Below, one piece after another: positions 20,937 to 35,029 of a DNA stretch of 64,000 bases (positions within the stretch are counted from its first letter, which is position 1; every line of letters begins with the position of its first letter). Location of the stretch: assembly GCA_963708135.1 (NCBI GenBank), contig OY970192.1, positions 512,001-576,000 of the forward strand. The letters are read 5' to 3'. The notes below the pieces were generated by a model. That model worked only from the letters and a program-made list of their open reading frames with translations, was not told where the DNA came from and did no database searches. Source of the DNA: an uncultured Gemmatimonadales bacterium (GTDB lineage Bacteria; Gemmatimonadota; Gemmatimonadetes; Longimicrobiales; RSA9). A program made the position numbers and the translations under genes.

Positions 20937-22365
20937 CTAGCTGCCGTCGGCGGGTGGATCCGCGGCGGGCAGCTCCAGCCAGAACGTGCTGCCGCGGCCG
21001 GGCTCGCTCTCGGCGCCGAGGCGGCCGTCCATGGCGAGCGCCAGCGCCTTCGCCCGCGGCAGCCCGAGCCCCGTCCCCCGGCGCGCCTCCTCCGTCCCGT
21101 CGAGGCGGAGCAGGGCGAAGGGCGCGAAGATCTCCTCCAGCACCTCCTCCGGGATCCCGGGCCCCTCGTCGGCCACGCTGATGCGGATCCGGCCCCTGCC
21201 TCGGCGCGCCGGCCCGATCGACACCCTGCCCCCGCGTGGCGAGCTCGACACGGCGTTGGCCAGCAGCTCCTCCAACACCTGCACCAGGCGACGCCGGTCC
21301 GCGAGCACCGCGGCGCCCGCGCCATCGGCAGGGGCGGCCGACACCTCGACCGCGCGCTCCCGGGCGTGCGCGCGCACGGCCGCGACCGCCTCCTCCACGG
21401 CCGCCTCGCAGGGGACGGGGCGCAGCTCCAGGCGTGCGCGCCCGCTGCCGACCTCGTTGATGTCGAGCACGTCCTCGATCATCGCCAGCAGCCGCCGCCC
21501 GCTCTCGAGGATCCGGTCCACCGCCTCCCGCTGCGCGTCGTCCAGCCGCTGCATCTCGAGCAGCTGCGCGAAGCCGAGCACGTGGTGCATCGGCGTGCGC
21601 AGCTCGTGGCTCACGCGCGCCAGCAGGTCCGTGGCCGCTTCGCTCGCCGCCTCCGCCCTCCGGCGCGCGGCGTCGAGCTGCGCCGACTGCTCGCGCAGCC
21701 GCTCAATGACCTCGCGGCTGAAGCGCACGGCCGCGCGCGAGCGGCGCCGCAGCCGCTCGGCCGCCCGCGCGGTGAGCGAGATGTAGAGTGCGGGTCCGGC
21801 CAGGAACAGCAGCTTGGCCGCCTCGGCCGGCCAGACGATCGCGCGCTGCTCGACCACGCCCAGGTAAAGGACGAGCAGCGCGTACGCGCCCACGCCGAGG
21901 GCGGCGAAGAAGAGCACCCGCCGGAACGACGAGGTGCTCTGGTCGAACGACGCGGAGCAGCACCAGCCAGAAGAGCCAGCTGCGCTGGCCACCGGTGGCG
22001 TAGATGATCAGGATGATGAAGAAGAGGTCCGCGACGAGGAAGACGAGCCCCACATCCAGGCGCGGCAGCCGGGGCACGAGCGCGCGGAGCGTGGCCAGGG
22101 AGAAGACGCAGTAGACCTCCACGGCGACGATCACGGGCACGAACGCGTGCCAGGAGAAGGCGCCGAGCAGGAAGCGGTCGTGCAGCGGCACGGACAGCAG
22201 GAGCAGGTTGAAGCCGAAGATCCGCAGCAGCGGGATGGTGCGGGTCTGGAGGACGACGCGGCGCGCCTCGCGCGCGGCGGGCGTATCGGCGGGGTCATAG
22301 ACGTCCCGCGGCACGGTCGCGCCGGGCGATTCCAACTCGGCAGGGGAGGAGGAGGTGGGCGCCAT
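20937..22365 (-). pseudogene. Membrane sensor histidine kinase split by a 1-nt frameshift near 21945 (real or sequencing error)
   Basis: N-terminal TM part (MAPTSS...WLVLLRV) and C-terminal part (DQSTSSF...SHELRTP, LLANA, DEGPGI, GTGLGL) lie in different frames. Confidence 0.75.
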
Positions 22366-22479
22366 GGCTTCCAGTCGGAACGGACGAGGATCTCGCGGCT
22401 GGAAGCATAATGCGGGGCGCGCCCGCCCGGAAGGGCAGCCTCCCTGGACCTCCTCCACGCGGCCGTGTACCTTCCCGGC

Positions 22480-22980
22480 ATGGCCAGCCAGAGCTCCTTC
22501 GACGTGACCACCGGCGCCGACCTCCAGGAGGTCGACAACGCCGTGAACCAGGCCCGCAAGGAAGTCGCGCAGCGCTACGACTTCAAGGGCACGCACTGCG
22601 ACATCTCCCTCGACCGCGCCGCCGGCCTGCTCACGCTCGATGCCGACGATGACTACCGGCTGAAGGCGCTGACCGACGTGCTCGAGACCAAGCTCGTCAA
22701 GCGCGGCGTGCCGCTGAAGAACCTCGAGCGCGGGGCCGTGCAGCCCGCCTCCGGCGGCCATGTCCGCCAGGAGATCCGGCTGCAGCAGGGGATCCCAGTG
22801 GACACGGCCCGCGCGATCGTCAAGGCCGTGAAGCAGCAGGGCTTCAAGAAGATCCAGGTCGCGATCCAGGGCGACCAGCTGCGCGTCAGCGGCCCCTCAC
22901 GCGACGAGCTCCAGGCCGTCATGGCCTTCCTGCGCTCGCAGGACTTCGGCGTCGAGCTGAGCTTCGGGAACTACCGCTGA
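22480..22980 (+). CDS. yajQ: YajQ family nucleotide (c-di-GMP)-binding protein
   Basis: SFDV, EVDNAVNQA, RYDFKG, IQGDQLRVSG, FGNYR. Confidence 0.95.
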   Translation: MASQSSFDVTTGADLQEVDNAVNQARKEVAQRYDFKGTHCDISLDRAAGLLTLDADDDYRLKALTDVLETKLVKRGVPLKNLERGAVQPASGGHVRQEIRLQQGIPVDTARAIVKAVKQQGFKKIQVAIQGDQLRVSGPSRDELQAVMAFLRSQDFGVELSFGNYR

Positions 22981-23012
22981 GGAGGGCGGGCCCGGACAGC
23001 GGCGGGGCGGGC

Positions 23013-23216
23013 ACGAATCCGAATCCAGGGGCGGAGCCCCGGAATCCGCTGCGCTGGATTCGGAATTCGTTCGAACGGCGGCTGGCGCGTGGGAACGCGA
23101 GCAAGATCGGGAAGTCGAGGTCGCCGCGGGCATCGGGATCCCGAATTTGATCGGAATCCGAGACGGATCGCGCAGTGGCCGCGGCGGCGGCCCGGCGAGA
23201 TCCCGATCTTGCTCGC
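23013..23216. repeat. Two long inverted repeats in the yajQ-yebC spacer
   Basis: acgaatccgaatcca / tggattcggaattcgt (23013-23070); perfect 16-bp gcgagcaagatcggga / tcccgatcttgctcgc (23097-23216). Confidence 0.7.
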
Positions 23217-23494
23217 TATCCGAGACCAATCGGGATCGGGCCGGATCGGGAGGCATCGAGTGCGCGATTGTGCTCGCGCGACCGTCGGGCCGTCGGACCT
23301 GCCCGCCGCGGCGATTGGCAGTCCACGGAAGACCCGGATCGGTGGTGCTGGTGGCAGTCGTGAACCAGGGGGCGTGGCATGTGCCGATCGTCCCGGCGGA
23401 TTGATCCGCTGCGGCCGTGCCGCTATACTTCGGGAGCGCTGGTTCGGCCAGAAATCCCTTATACCGTAACGATTTCAGACGTGGGAGGTGCCCT

Positions 23495-24244
23495 GTGAGC
23501 GGGCACAGCAAATGGGCACAGATCAAGCGCAAGAAGGCGGTCAACGATTCGCGGCGCGGCAAGGAGTTCACGAAGCTGATCCGTGAGATCACGGTGGCGG
23601 CCCGCGAGGGTGGCGGCGACGCGAACTTCAACCCGCGGCTCCGCCTGGCGGTGGACACGGCCAAGGCGGCGAACATGCCGGCGGAGAACATCGACCGCGC
23701 CATCAAGAAGGGCACGGGCGAGCTGGAGGGCGTGGATTACCAGGAGGTCACGTACGAGGGCTACGGGCCGAACGGCGTCGCCCTCTACATCGAGACGCTG
23801 ACGGACAACGCCAACCGGACGGTGGCGGACGTGCGGCACGTGCTCAGCCGGGCCGGTGGCAGCCTCGGCACGAACGGCTCGGTGGCGTGGCAGTTCGACC
23901 GGGTCGGCCAGATCTACATCGACGCGGACCGCTACGACGAGGTGACCACGCTCGAGGCCGCGCTCGAGTCCGGGGCGCTCGACCTGCAGAACGAGGACGG
24001 CACGCTGGTCGTCACCACCGACACGACGTCGTTCCACGCGGTGCAGGACGCGCTGAAGGCGCGCGGCATCCGGTTCGACACCGCGGAGCTCGCCATGGTG
24101 CCGAAGACCACGATCGCCGTCGAGGGGCAGGACGTGCACCGGCTGGTGCGGCTGATCGAGGGGCTCGAGGACATCGACGACGTGCAGAAGGTCTACACCA
24201 ACGCCGACATGGACGAGGTGGCGCTGGCCGAGGCCGAGGCGTGA
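23495..24244 (+). CDS. yebC: YebC/PmpR family protein
   Basis: SGHSKWAQIKRKK, NPRLRLA, YEGYGPNG, LEDIDDVQKVYTN; GGAGG RBS before GTG. Confidence 0.96.
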   Translation: MSGHSKWAQIKRKKAVNDSRRGKEFTKLIREITVAAREGGGDANFNPRLRLAVDTAKAANMPAENIDRAIKKGTGELEGVDYQEVTYEGYGPNGVALYIETLTDNANRTVADVRHVLSRAGGSLGTNGSVAWQFDRVGQIYIDADRYDEVTTLEAALESGALDLQNEDGTLVVTTDTTSFHAVQDALKARGIRFDTAELAMVPKTTIAVEGQDVHRLVRLIEGLEDIDDVQKVYTNADMDEVALAEAEA

Positions 24245-24831
24245 TCGTCCTCGGCGTCGATCCGGGCACCGGCACGACGGGCTACGGCGTCGTCTCCCGC
24301 GGCGGAGACGGCGCCGTTTCGCTCGTGGAGTGCGGCGTCATCCGGACCGGTGCCGGCCGCGCGCTGCCGCTGCGGCTGCGCGAGATCCACGAGGGCATCG
24401 CGCAGGTGATCGCGCGCGCGCGGCCGGAAGTCATGGCGGTGGAGAGCGTCTTCTACGCCAAGAACGTGCGCACCACGCTCGTGCTCGGCCATGCCCGTGG
24501 CGCGATCCTGCTCGCCGCCACGCTGCGCGACGTCCCCGTCCACGAGTATGCGCCGGCCGAGGTGAAGAAGGCGATCACGGGGACCGGCCGGGCGACGAAG
24601 GAGCAGATCGCGTTCATGGTGCAGCGGCTCCTGCGGCTCAGGACGCCGCCGCACCCGGCCGACGCGGCGGACGCCGTGGCCGTCGCGCTCACGCACTGCC
24701 AGGCGGCCGCCCTGCCGCGCGCCGCCGGCGGCGGCGTGGATCTGCCGAGGCTCGAGCCGCTTCCCCGCCTCGCCGACGCGCTCGAGGCCGAGCGGAGGCT
24801 CCAGGCCCGCCTCCAGGGACGCCGGCTCTGA
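24241..24831 (+). CDS. ruvC: Holliday junction resolvase
   Basis: IVLGVDPG, AVESVF, LGHARG, DAADAVAVA. Confidence 0.95.
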   Translation: MIVLGVDPGTGTTGYGVVSRGGDGAVSLVECGVIRTGAGRALPLRLREIHEGIAQVIARARPEVMAVESVFYAKNVRTTLVLGHARGAILLAATLRDVPVHEYAPAEVKKAITGTGRATKEQIAFMVQRLLRLRTPPHPADAADAVAVALTHCQAAALPRAAGGGVDLPRLEPLPRLADALEAERRLQARLQGRRL

Positions 24832-24853
24832 GCCGGCCCGAACGAGCGGTCAC

Positions 24854-25444
24854 ATGATCCGCAGGGTGAAGGGGACGCTGCTGCGCCGCGAGCTCGGCGT
24901 GGTGGAGGTGATGACGCCGGGCGGCGTCGCCTACGAGATCGAGATCCCGCTGGCCGTCTACGAGCGCCTGCCGCGCGAGGGGGCCGAGCTCGAGCTCCGC
25001 ACCTGCCACGTCGTGCGCGAGGACGCGCACGCGCTCTACGGCTTCCTCGAGGAGCGCGAGCGGGCCGTGTTCGCGCGCCTGCTCGGCGCTCCCGGCGTAG
25101 GCCCGAAGCTCGCCCTGGCCATGATGTCCTCGCTCACGCCCGACCGGCTCGTGCGCGCCATCCGCGAGCGCGACATCGCCGCGCTCCGGCAGGTGCCCGG
25201 GCTCGGCACCAAGAAGGCCGAGAAGCTGGTCCTCGAGCTCGTCGACAAGCTCGACGACCTGGCCTTCGAGCCCGCCGGCCCGCGCCCGGAAGGGCGCGTG
25301 GCGGAGGAGGCCGTGGGCGCGCTCGTCGCCCTCGGCTACTCCCCCGCCCAGGCCACGCAGGCCGTGCGCGCCGCGCTCGACGAGAAGGGGCAGGTCAAGG
25401 GCGCGGAGCTCATCAAGGCGGCGCTCGCGGCGATGGCGGGTTGA
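24854..25444 (+). CDS. ruvA: Holliday junction branch migration protein
   Basis: VREDAHALYGF, PGVGPKLA, VPGLGTKKAEKLVLEL, ALVALGY. Confidence 0.95.
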   Translation: MIRRVKGTLLRRELGVVEVMTPGGVAYEIEIPLAVYERLPREGAELELRTCHVVREDAHALYGFLEERERAVFARLLGAPGVGPKLALAMMSSLTPDRLVRAIRERDIAALRQVPGLGTKKAEKLVLELVDKLDDLAFEPAGPRPEGRVAEEAVGALVALGYSPAQATQAVRAALDEKGQVKGAELIKAALAAMAG

Positions 25445-25475
25445 GCTCCGCCCCGGTGAGCTCCGCGCTGTCGGG

Positions 25476-25776
25476 CTACTCCTTCCGCCGGATCGCCCGC
25501 ACGAGGTCCTGCTTGTCCATCTCTGCTGCGCCCGTCGATGTCGAGCTCCTTGGCGCGGTTGTAGAGCTCCTGCTTGGTGCGGCTCTCGAGGCCGTGGCGC
25601 GGGTTGCCGGTGCCCTGGGTGGTCTTGTTCGGGGTCCGGCCCTCCTGGCGCCGCTCCTTGTTCACCGTCCGCGCCGCGATCTCCTTGGCGCGCTTGGTGG
25701 ACTTGCCGCGGCTCTTCGCGCTGTCCTTGATGTGCTCGTACATCCGCTCGTCTTTCCTGCTCCATGCATCCGGCAT
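25476..25776 (-). pseudogene. Small basic protein (ChaB-like/'plasmid stabilization' N-terminus plus Rho-N-like helix pair) with a 1-nt frameshift near 25522
   Basis: MPDAWSRKDERMYEHIK...AARTVNK...TKQELYNRAKELDIDGRS continues in a shifted frame as MDKQDLVRAIRRKE*; span is 301 nt. Confidence 0.7.
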
Positions 25777-26129
25777 GACTGCACCTCCAGCTCGTGCGAG
25801 GTTCGTGTTCACCAGGGTTGTAACTGCAAGTATCGGGCGAGGTTAGCGGCGCGCGCGTGGGTACGGGATGCGGGATCCAGCGTTCCGGGCGCGCTACCTT
25901 CGCAGGGTGGTTCGGGTCAACGCTACAGGCGCGGAGACGAGAGGCCATGCGCGCAGCCTTGACGGAACCGCTGCACACCATCGAACCGGGGCAAGCGCCT
26001 CGCCGCGGGCGCGGATCGGAGGCCGCGGTTCATCCGCTCTGGTCCCCATCCCGATCCGATGGCGGTGGTCGCCCGATCCCGATTCTGGCCGTTGGCGGAA
26101 GCGGTTGCCGATCGCTACCTTGAGGCTCG

Positions 26130-27173
26130 ATGAGATCCGAGGTCACCACCCCCGAGGTCCTGAGCGACGAGAGCGTCGTCGAGCTCTCGCTGCGGCCGCA
26201 GCGTCTCTCCGAGTTCATCGGCCAGCCGAAGGTGAAGGAGAGCCTCCGCATCGCGATCGATGCGGCGCGGCAGCGCAAGGAGCCGCTGGACCACACGCTC
26301 TTCCACGGCCCGCCGGGGCTGGGGAAGACCACGCTCGCGATGCTGATGGCGCGCGAGATGGGGGTGAACATCAAGACCTCGTCGGGGCCGGTGCTGGAGA
26401 AGCCGGGCGACCTGGTGGGGATCCTGACGAACCTGCGCGAGGGGGACATCCTCTTCATCGATGAGATCCACCGGCTGCGGCCGATCATCGAGGAGTTTCT
26501 CTACCCGGCGATGGAGGACTACCGGATCGACATCCGGCTGTCGGAGGGACCCAAGGCGCAGACGGTCACGGTGCCGGTGGAGCGCTTCACGCTGGTGGGG
26601 GCGACGACGCGCTTCGGGCTGCTCACCCCGCCGATGCGGGCGCGCTTCGGCATCGTGCAGCGGCTGAACTACTACGACCACGAGGATCTCGCGATCATCG
26701 TGGAGCGGAGCGCGGAGATCCTGCAGGTGGAGACGGAGCGGGCGGGCGCGGTGGAGCTGGCGCGCCGCTCGCGCGGCACGCCGCGCGTGGCCAACCGGCT
26801 GCTGCGGCGGGTGCGTGACTACGCGCAGGTGCGCGCGGACGGGCGCATCACCGCGGAGGTGGCGGGCGAGGCGCTGCGGCTGCTGGACGTGGACGAGTAC
26901 GGGCTGGACGAGATGGATGCGCGCGTCGTGAAGACGATTATCGAGCACTTCGACGGCGGCCCCGTCGGCCTCAACACCCTCGCCGTGGCCGTGGGCGAGG
27001 ATGCTGGGACGCTGGAGGAGGTATACGAGCCGTTCCTCATCCAGAACGGCTTTCTCATGCGGACCGCGCGCGGGCGCGTGGCCACGCAGAAGGCGTTCAG
27101 GCGCTTCGGCTACGCGCTCCCCGCCGAGCGGGCGGCCGAGGCGGAGCCGCAGCAGAGCTTGTTCGAGGGGTGA
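26130..27173 (+). CDS. ruvB: Holliday junction branch migration helicase
   Basis: [48 protein letters not shown]. Confidence 0.97.
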   Translation: MRSEVTTPEVLSDESVVELSLRPQRLSEFIGQPKVKESLRIAIDAARQRKEPLDHTLFHGPPGLGKTTLAMLMAREMGVNIKTSSGPVLEKPGDLVGILTNLREGDILFIDEIHRLRPIIEEFLYPAMEDYRIDIRLSEGPKAQTVTVPVERFTLVGATTRFGLLTPPMRARFGIVQRLNYYDHEDLAIIVERSAEILQVETERAGAVELARRSRGTPRVANRLLRRVRDYAQVRADGRITAEVAGEALRLLDVDEYGLDEMDARVVKTIIEHFDGGPVGLNTLAVAVGEDAGTLEEVYEPFLIQNGFLMRTARGRVATQKAFRRFGYALPAERAAEAEPQQSLFEG

Positions 27174-27174
27174 A

Positions 27175-27526
27175 GTGGAAGTCATCTGCCTGACCGAATC
27201 CGACCACCGCCTGCTGTGCGCGCGCTGCGCGGAGCACGGCAACTCGAACCGTCGCCTGCTGCAGACGCTCGAGGAAGCCGGCGCCCGCGACGTGCTCGAG
27301 CACGCGCGCGCCCTGCGTCGCATGGAGCGTGGCTTCGACATCGACCTCGGCTCCCTCTGCCACCGCTTCGAGCACCGCAACGACCTGAGCACCCATCCCA
27401 TGGAGCGGATGGTGATGAACTTCGTGGCCGAATGGCGCCCCGCCGCGGACGGCACCCGCCAGCTCTGGGTGCTGCTCGACCGCCTGCGCCAGGTCCGCGA
27501 GCTCATGCAGGAAGGCCGGTTGGCGC

Positions 27527-27543
<17 letters not shown>
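27175..27543 (+). CDS. Hypothetical protein (122 aa)
   Basis: Fills the ruvB-queA gap with GC3-biased codons; GTG start 1 nt after the ruvB stop. Confidence 0.7.
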
Positions 27544-31486
<3,943 letters not shown>

Positions 31487-31487
<1 letters not shown>

Positions 31488-31819
31488 TGCGGGCGAGCAT
31501 GGCGGCACTGGCCGCACCGACGGGCGGCGGGAACGCGGGGGTGGTGCTCTTCATCCAGATGGGTGCCATCGTGGCGATCTTCTATTTCCTGCTGATCCGG
31601 CCGCAGCGGCAGCAGCAGAAGAAGCACCAGACGATGCTGGAGGCGCTGAAGAAGGGGGACGAGGTGATGACGGACGGCGGCGTCCTGGGCGAGGTGGTTC
31701 ACATCAAGGAGGACCGGGTGACGATCAAGACCGGAGAGAACACCCGGCTCGTGGTGGCTCGTCCGAAGATCGCGCGGGTATTCCTCCCCACGGAAACCCC
31801 TGAAACGACGGAGAAGTAG
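31487..31819 (+). CDS. yajC: Preprotein translocase subunit
   Basis: FYFLLIRPQ, LKKGDEV.T.GG; follows tgt. Confidence 0.95.
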
Positions 31820-31827
31820 GACGACCA

Positions 31828-32331
31828 ATGGCGCGACTGGAGATCCGGATCCTCGGCGACCCGGTGCTCAGGCAGAAGGCGGAGCCGCTGGCGGCGGTGG
31901 ACGCTGAGACGCGGCGGCTGATCGAGGACATGTTCGAGACGATGTACGGCGCGGAGGGCGTGGGCCTGGCCGCGCCGCAGGTCGGCCTCTCGCAGCGGGT
32001 GATCGTGGTGGATCCGCGCGAGAAGGGGGTCGAGCCGTTCGCGCTCGTGAACCCGGTCGTCCTGGACGCGAGCGAGGCGGTGGAGCGGGGCGAGGAGGGC
32101 TGTCTCAGCATCCCGGGACTGAAGGAGATCGTGGAGCGGCCCGCGGAGGTGGTGGTGGAAGCGCTCGGCCCCGACGGCGAGCAGCTCCGGATCGAGGCCA
32201 CCGGCCTGCTCGCGCGCGTGCTGCAGCACGAGGTCGATCACCTGGATGGCATTCTCTTCCTCGACCGGGTGAGCCCGCTCAAGCGCAAGATGCTGCTCAA
32301 GCGGTGGCAGAAGGTGAAGCCGGAGGGCTGA
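31828..32331 (+). CDS. def: Peptide deformylase
   Basis: GVGLAAPQVG, EGCLSIP, QHEVDHLDG. Confidence 0.97.
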   Translation: MARLEIRILGDPVLRQKAEPLAAVDAETRRLIEDMFETMYGAEGVGLAAPQVGLSQRVIVVDPREKGVEPFALVNPVVLDASEAVERGEEGCLSIPGLKEIVERPAEVVVEALGPDGEQLRIEATGLLARVLQHEVDHLDGILFLDRVSPLKRKMLLKRWQKVKPEG

Positions 32332-32332
32332 C

Positions 32333-33277
32333 GTGCGCATCGTGTTCTGGGGCACCCCGGAGTTCGCGCTCCCGTCGCTGCGGGCGCTGCTCGGCGAGGG
32401 CCACGACGTGGTCAGCGTCGTGACGCAGCCGGACCGCCGCGCGGGCCGCGGCCGCGCCGTCGCCTCGCCGCCGGTGAAGGTGCTCGCCGAGCAGGAGTTC
32501 ATCCCCGTGCTCCAGCCGGAGAAGCCGAAAGGCGACGATTTCCTCCTCCAGCTCGGCGCGCTCGAGCCGGACCTCTCCGTGGTGGTGGCGTACGGCCAGA
32601 TCCTGGTGCCGGAGGTGCTCGCGCTGCCGCGGCTCGGCTCCCTCAACGTGCACGCCTCGCTGCTTCCCGCGCTACGCGGCGCCGCGCCGATCCAGCGGGC
32701 CATCATGCGCGGCCACGCGGAGACGGGCGTGACCATCATGCGCATGGTCGAGGCGCTGGACGCGGGGCCGGTCCTGCGCCAGGTTCGCGAGCCGATCGGA
32801 CCGGAGGAGACGGCGCGCGACCTGGGCGCGCGGCTGAGCGAGCTGGGCGCCGAGGCGCTGGTCGAGACGCTCGCGCTCATGGAGATGGACGAGATCGAGG
32901 AGACGCCGCAGGACGATGCGGCCGCCACCTACGCGCCCCGCCTCAGCCGCGATGACGCGCACGTGGACTGGAGCCGGGATGCGGAGAGCGTCGGTTGCCA
33001 GGTGCGCGGGCTCGACGCCGTGCCGGGCGCGTGGGCGAGCGTGAACGGGCAGGAGGTCAAGCTGTACCGGCCGCTCCCCGAACCCGACCGGCGGCACGAG
33101 GCCGAGCCCGGCACGGTCCTCGAGGTGCACGGCACCGACCCCACCACCGCGATCCTCGTGGCGTGCGGCCGCGGCGCGGTCTGCATCCGCGAGGTCAAGC
33201 CGGCCGGGAAGCGGCGCATGACCGCCGCCGAGTGGGTGCGTGGTCGGGGCGTGGAGAAGGGCGACCGCTTCGAATGA
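32333..33277 (+). CDS. fmt: Methionyl-tRNA formyltransferase
   Basis: FWGTPEFA, VTQPDR, VAYGQIL, NVHASLLP..RGAAPI. Confidence 0.97.
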   Translation: MRIVFWGTPEFALPSLRALLGEGHDVVSVVTQPDRRAGRGRAVASPPVKVLAEQEFIPVLQPEKPKGDDFLLQLGALEPDLSVVVAYGQILVPEVLALPRLGSLNVHASLLPALRGAAPIQRAIMRGHAETGVTIMRMVEALDAGPVLRQVREPIGPEETARDLGARLSELGAEALVETLALMEMDEIEETPQDDAAATYAPRLSRDDAHVDWSRDAESVGCQVRGLDAVPGAWASVNGQEVKLYRPLPEPDRRHEAEPGTVLEVHGTDPTTAILVACGRGAVCIREVKPAGKRRMTAAEWVRGRGVEKGDRFE

Positions 33278-33927
33278 CGGCGACCGCACGGCCGGCGGTG
33301 ATCCTGCCGCGACTGCACCTGGTCACCGATGACGAGGTGCTCTCGGCGGCTTCCTTCGCGCAGCGGGCGGAGCGGGCGCTCGAGGCGGGCGGGGCCGGTG
33401 TAGCACTGCATCTGCGCGGGCACGCGCAGGCGGGCGGGTGCCTCTTCGCGCTGGCGGAGCGTCTGGCGCCCGCGGCACGGGCGGCGGGCGCGCTGCTCCT
33501 GGCGAACGACCGGGTGGACGTGGCGCTCTGCGCCGCCCTGGACGGGGTCGAGCTCGGCCGGCGCTCGATCCCCGTGGCGGATGCGCGCGCGCTGGTCGGG
33601 CCGGAGCGGCGTATCGGATACTCCGCCCACGCGCTGCCGGAGGCGCTGGAGGCCGTGGGCGAGGGGGCGGACTTCCTGGTGATGGGGACGGTGTACGCCA
33701 CGCCGTCGCATACCGGGCTCGAGCCGGCCGGGCCGGAGCTGGTGGCCGAGGCCGCCCGCCTCGCCCCGGTGCCAGTCCTCGGCATCGGCGGCGTGACGCC
33801 GGAGCGCGCGGCGGCGCTGGCCCGGCGGGGCGCGCACGGCGTGGCGGTGGTGCGGGGCGTATGGGGGGCGGAGGATCCGGCCGCCGCGGTCCGCGAATAC
33901 CTGGACGCACTCGGGAGCGAGGCATGA
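33274..33927 (+). CDS. thiE: Thiamine phosphate synthase (ThiE/TenI family)
   Basis: LLANDRVDVA, IGYSAH, TPSH, GIGGVT; adjacent to thiS/thiG. Confidence 0.85.
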   Translation: MTATARPAVILPRLHLVTDDEVLSAASFAQRAERALEAGGAGVALHLRGHAQAGGCLFALAERLAPAARAAGALLLANDRVDVALCAALDGVELGRRSIPVADARALVGPERRIGYSAHALPEALEAVGEGADFLVMGTVYATPSHTGLEPAGPELVAEAARLAPVPVLGIGGVTPERAAALARRGAHGVAVVRGVWGAEDPAAAVREYLDALGSEA

Positions 33928-34133
33928 CGGACATCACGGTGACGATCAACGGGACGGAGCGGCGGGTCGCGCCGGGGCTCCGGCTGCCCGCGCTGCTGGA
34001 CACGCTGGGACTGGACGCGCGGCTGGTGGTGGTCGAGCACAACCGCGAGATCCTGGAGCGCGGGCGGCTGGGCGAGGTGGAGGTCCGGCAGGGCGATGTG
34101 CTGGAGCTGGTCCACTTCGTGGGCGGCGGCTGA
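33924..34133 (+). CDS. thiS: Sulfur carrier protein
   Basis: VVEHNREI; C-terminal FVGGG. Confidence 0.95.
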   Translation: MTDITVTINGTERRVAPGLRLPALLDTLGLDARLVVVEHNREILERGRLGEVEVRQGDVLELVHFVGGG

Positions 34134-34231
34134 GAGGTCCACGAGGGGCAATGTTGCGCGTGGGACGGGGCGGGGGTGGGGAAGGGATCGAGGGCGAAGG
34201 CGAAGGCGAAAGCGTGAACTCGGGGGAGAGC

Positions 34232-35029
34232 ATGGCGACGGTAGTGGAGCATAGGAGCGAGGGGCCGCTGGTGATCGCTGGGCGGGAGCTGCGCTCGCGA
34301 CTGATCGTGGGGACGGGCAAGTATCGGACGAACGAGGAGATGGTGCGGGCGATCGAGGCGTCGGGCGCGGAGATCGTGACGGTGGCGGTGCGGCGGGTGG
34401 ACCTGGACCGGACGAAGGAGGAGGGGATCCTGTTCCACCTGGATCCGGAGAAGCTGTTCCTCCTGCCGAACACGGCGGGCTGCACGACGGCGGAGGACGC
34501 GGTGCGCTACGCCCGGCTGGGGCGGGCGGCGGGCTTCTCGGATTGGGTGAAGCTGGAAGTGATCGGCGACCAGGCGACGCTCATGCCGGACGTGGTGGCC
34601 ACGCTGGAGGCGGCCAGGACGCTGGTGGCGGACGGCTTCCACGTGCTCGCCTACACGAACGAGGACATCGTGACGGCGCAGCGGCTGGAGGATGCGGGCT
34701 GCGCGGCGGTGATGCCGCTGGCCAGCCCGATCGGCAGCGGGCTCGGGCTGGTGAGCCCGTACTACGTGCGCGAGATCAAGGCGCGCCTGTCGGTGCCGGT
34801 GATCGTGGATGCGGGCGTGGGCACGGCATCCGACGCGTGCGTCACGATGGAGCAGGGCGTGGACGGGATCCTCATGAACACGGCGATCGCCGCGGCGCGC
34901 GAGCCGGCGCGGATGGCCGCGGCCATGCGCATGGCGGTGGAGGCGGGCAGGCAGGCGTATCTCGCGGGCCGGATGCCGCGCCGGGAGGTGGCGGTGCCGT
35001 CGTCGCCGGAGCAAGGCATGCTGGCGTGA
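34232..35029 (+). CDS. thiG: Thiazole synthase
   Basis: SRLIVGTGKY, LPNTAGC, VKLEV, MPLASPIGSG, DAGVG. Confidence 0.97.
   Translation: MATVVEHRSEGPLVIAGRELRSRLIVGTGKYRTNEEMVRAIEASGAEIVTVAVRRVDLDRTKEEGILFHLDPEKLFLLPNTAGCTTAEDAVRYARLGRAAGFSDWVKLEVIGDQATLMPDVVATLEAARTLVADGFHVLAYTNEDIVTAQRLEDAGCAAVMPLASPIGSGLGLVSPYYVREIKARLSVPVIVDAGVGTASDACVTMEQGVDGILMNTAIAAAREPARMAAAMRMAVEAGRQAYLAGRMPRREVAVPSSPEQGMLA

Noticed and set aside
33200..34231. TPP riboswitch for thiE/thiS/thiG
   Set aside because: thiE overlaps fmt with no leader; the thiS-thiG gap is a simple purine-rich repeat without a recognisable TPP aptamer.
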